Origin: Mayamaea pseudoterrestris
Taxonomy: Eukaryota
Direction of reading: 5' to 3'
DNA length: 64,000 nt
Assembly: GCA_027923505.1 (NCBI GenBank)
Contig: BROI01000007.1
Coordinates: forward strand, 248,001 to 312,000
This document shows positions 62,901 to 64,000 of this stretch, piece after piece. The notes under the pieces were generated by a model. That model searched no databases and was not told the origin of the DNA. It saw nothing but the letters and a program-made list of their open reading frames with translations. The stretch's first letter is position 1; every line of letters begins with the position of its first letter. Both the position numbers and the translations under genes were made by a program.

Positions 62901-64000
62901 CCATTGGTTGAATGTGCCAGCCCTGCACCCTTTTTGGCTGCAGGGATCATCAGCATTGCCCGCTGAGCCCTCCAATTTCTTTCCAAACATGTTTTTTGTC
63001 AATGATGGGCCATAAGATGGTCAGTTGCACCTCATCATCCATCACCATGTATGCCACGGTGAGACTGAGCAGATCCGACAACTGGTTGGATCTGCTAGCA
63101 GTGCACCTCAAGAGGCAAGTGAGACTTCCAAAATGACCTACAGACCCCATAATACAACCTGTAAGGACTTGCACATTGATTGGGGCTCATAGACTTGTCC
63201 ATTTGGGTGTGGAAGCCATCAATATGCCCTGAGACTCCGCACATTCAACCAATGGTTGAATGTGCCAGCACTGCTCCCATTTTGGCTGCAGGAATCATCA
63301 GCATTGCCAGCTGAGCCCTCCAATTTCTTTCCAATCATGTTTGTTGTCAATGATGGGCCATAAGTTGGCCAGTTGCACCTCATCATCCATCACCATGTAT
63401 GCCACAGTGAGACTGAGCAGATGCAAGAACTTGTTGGATCTGCTAGCGGTGCACCTCAAGTGGCAAGTGAGACTTCCAAAATGGCCTGCAGACCCCATAA
63501 TACAGCCAACATGGACTGGAACATTGATTGGGGCTCATAGACTTGTCCATTTGGGTGTGGAAGCCATCACTATGCCCTGAGACTCCGCACATTCAACCAT
63601 TGGTTGAATGTGCCAGCCCTGCTCCCATTTTGGCTGCAGGGATCATCAGCATTGGCCGCTGAGCCCTCCAATTTCTTTCCAATCATGTTTTTTGTCAATG
63701 ATGGGCCATAAGATGGTCAGTTGCACCTCATCATCCATCACCATGTATGCCACGGTGAGACTGAGCAGATCCGACAACTTGCTGGATCTGCTAGCAGTGC
63801 ACCTCAAGTGGCAAGTGAGACTTCCAAAATGACCTACAGACCCCATAATACAACTTGTAAGGACTTGCACATTTATTGGGGCTCATAGACTTGTCCATTT
63901 GGGTGTGGAAGCCATCAATATGCCCTGAGACTCCGCACATTCAACCAATGGTTGAATGTGCCAGCCCTGCTCCCATTTTGGCTGCAGGAATCATCAGCAT
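56936..64000. repeat. Tandem satellite array, ~348 bp monomer (~20 copies, open at window end)
   Basis: The motif gagacttccaaaatggcctgcagaccccataataca...gcacattcaaccattggttgaatgtgc...agcagatccaacaacttgttggatctgct recurs. Equivalent positions such as 62912, 63260 and 63608 are 348 bp apart. Confidence 0.98.

Noticed and set aside
56936..64000. Coding repeat (348 bp = 116 codons)
   Set aside because: Recurrent stops limit ORFs to about 60-130 aa, and several monomers carry frame-breaking indels.

Overview
Eukaryotic DNA, very probably a diatom: it carries an FCP/LHC gene with a bipartite plastid-targeting presequence and diatom-type Ty1/copia elements. Architecture: (1) a ~16 kb array of a 180-181 bp satellite (1-~15960), containing a near-exact 3.77 kb internal duplication; (2) an LTR-less internal copia fragment on + (15976-19642); (3) a ~27 kb single-copy island with a Vps34-like PI3K pseudogene, a PLAC8 gene, a small membrane protein, an LHC gene with a long Lys/Ala/Pro/Val insert, a pyruvate dehydrogenase kinase with (CAG)20, a class-3 lipase-like gene and two small tandem repeats; (4) a second, inverted copy of the same copia family with its 3' LTR (46508-52483); (5) a chimeric or deleted copia of another family with non-matching LTRs and a half-tRNA-Asn-like PBS (52484-56932); (6) a 348 bp satellite with two near-perfect palindromes per monomer (56936-64000). 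Most ORFs in the supplied track are artefacts of the satellites or antisense frames. The most unusual signals are a hydrophobic, membrane-like segment in frame between Gag and protease behind a TGA, the highly structured CpG-poor nucleosome-length satellites, and a telomere-like inverted junction inside satellite 1. All calls are by eye, with no database search.
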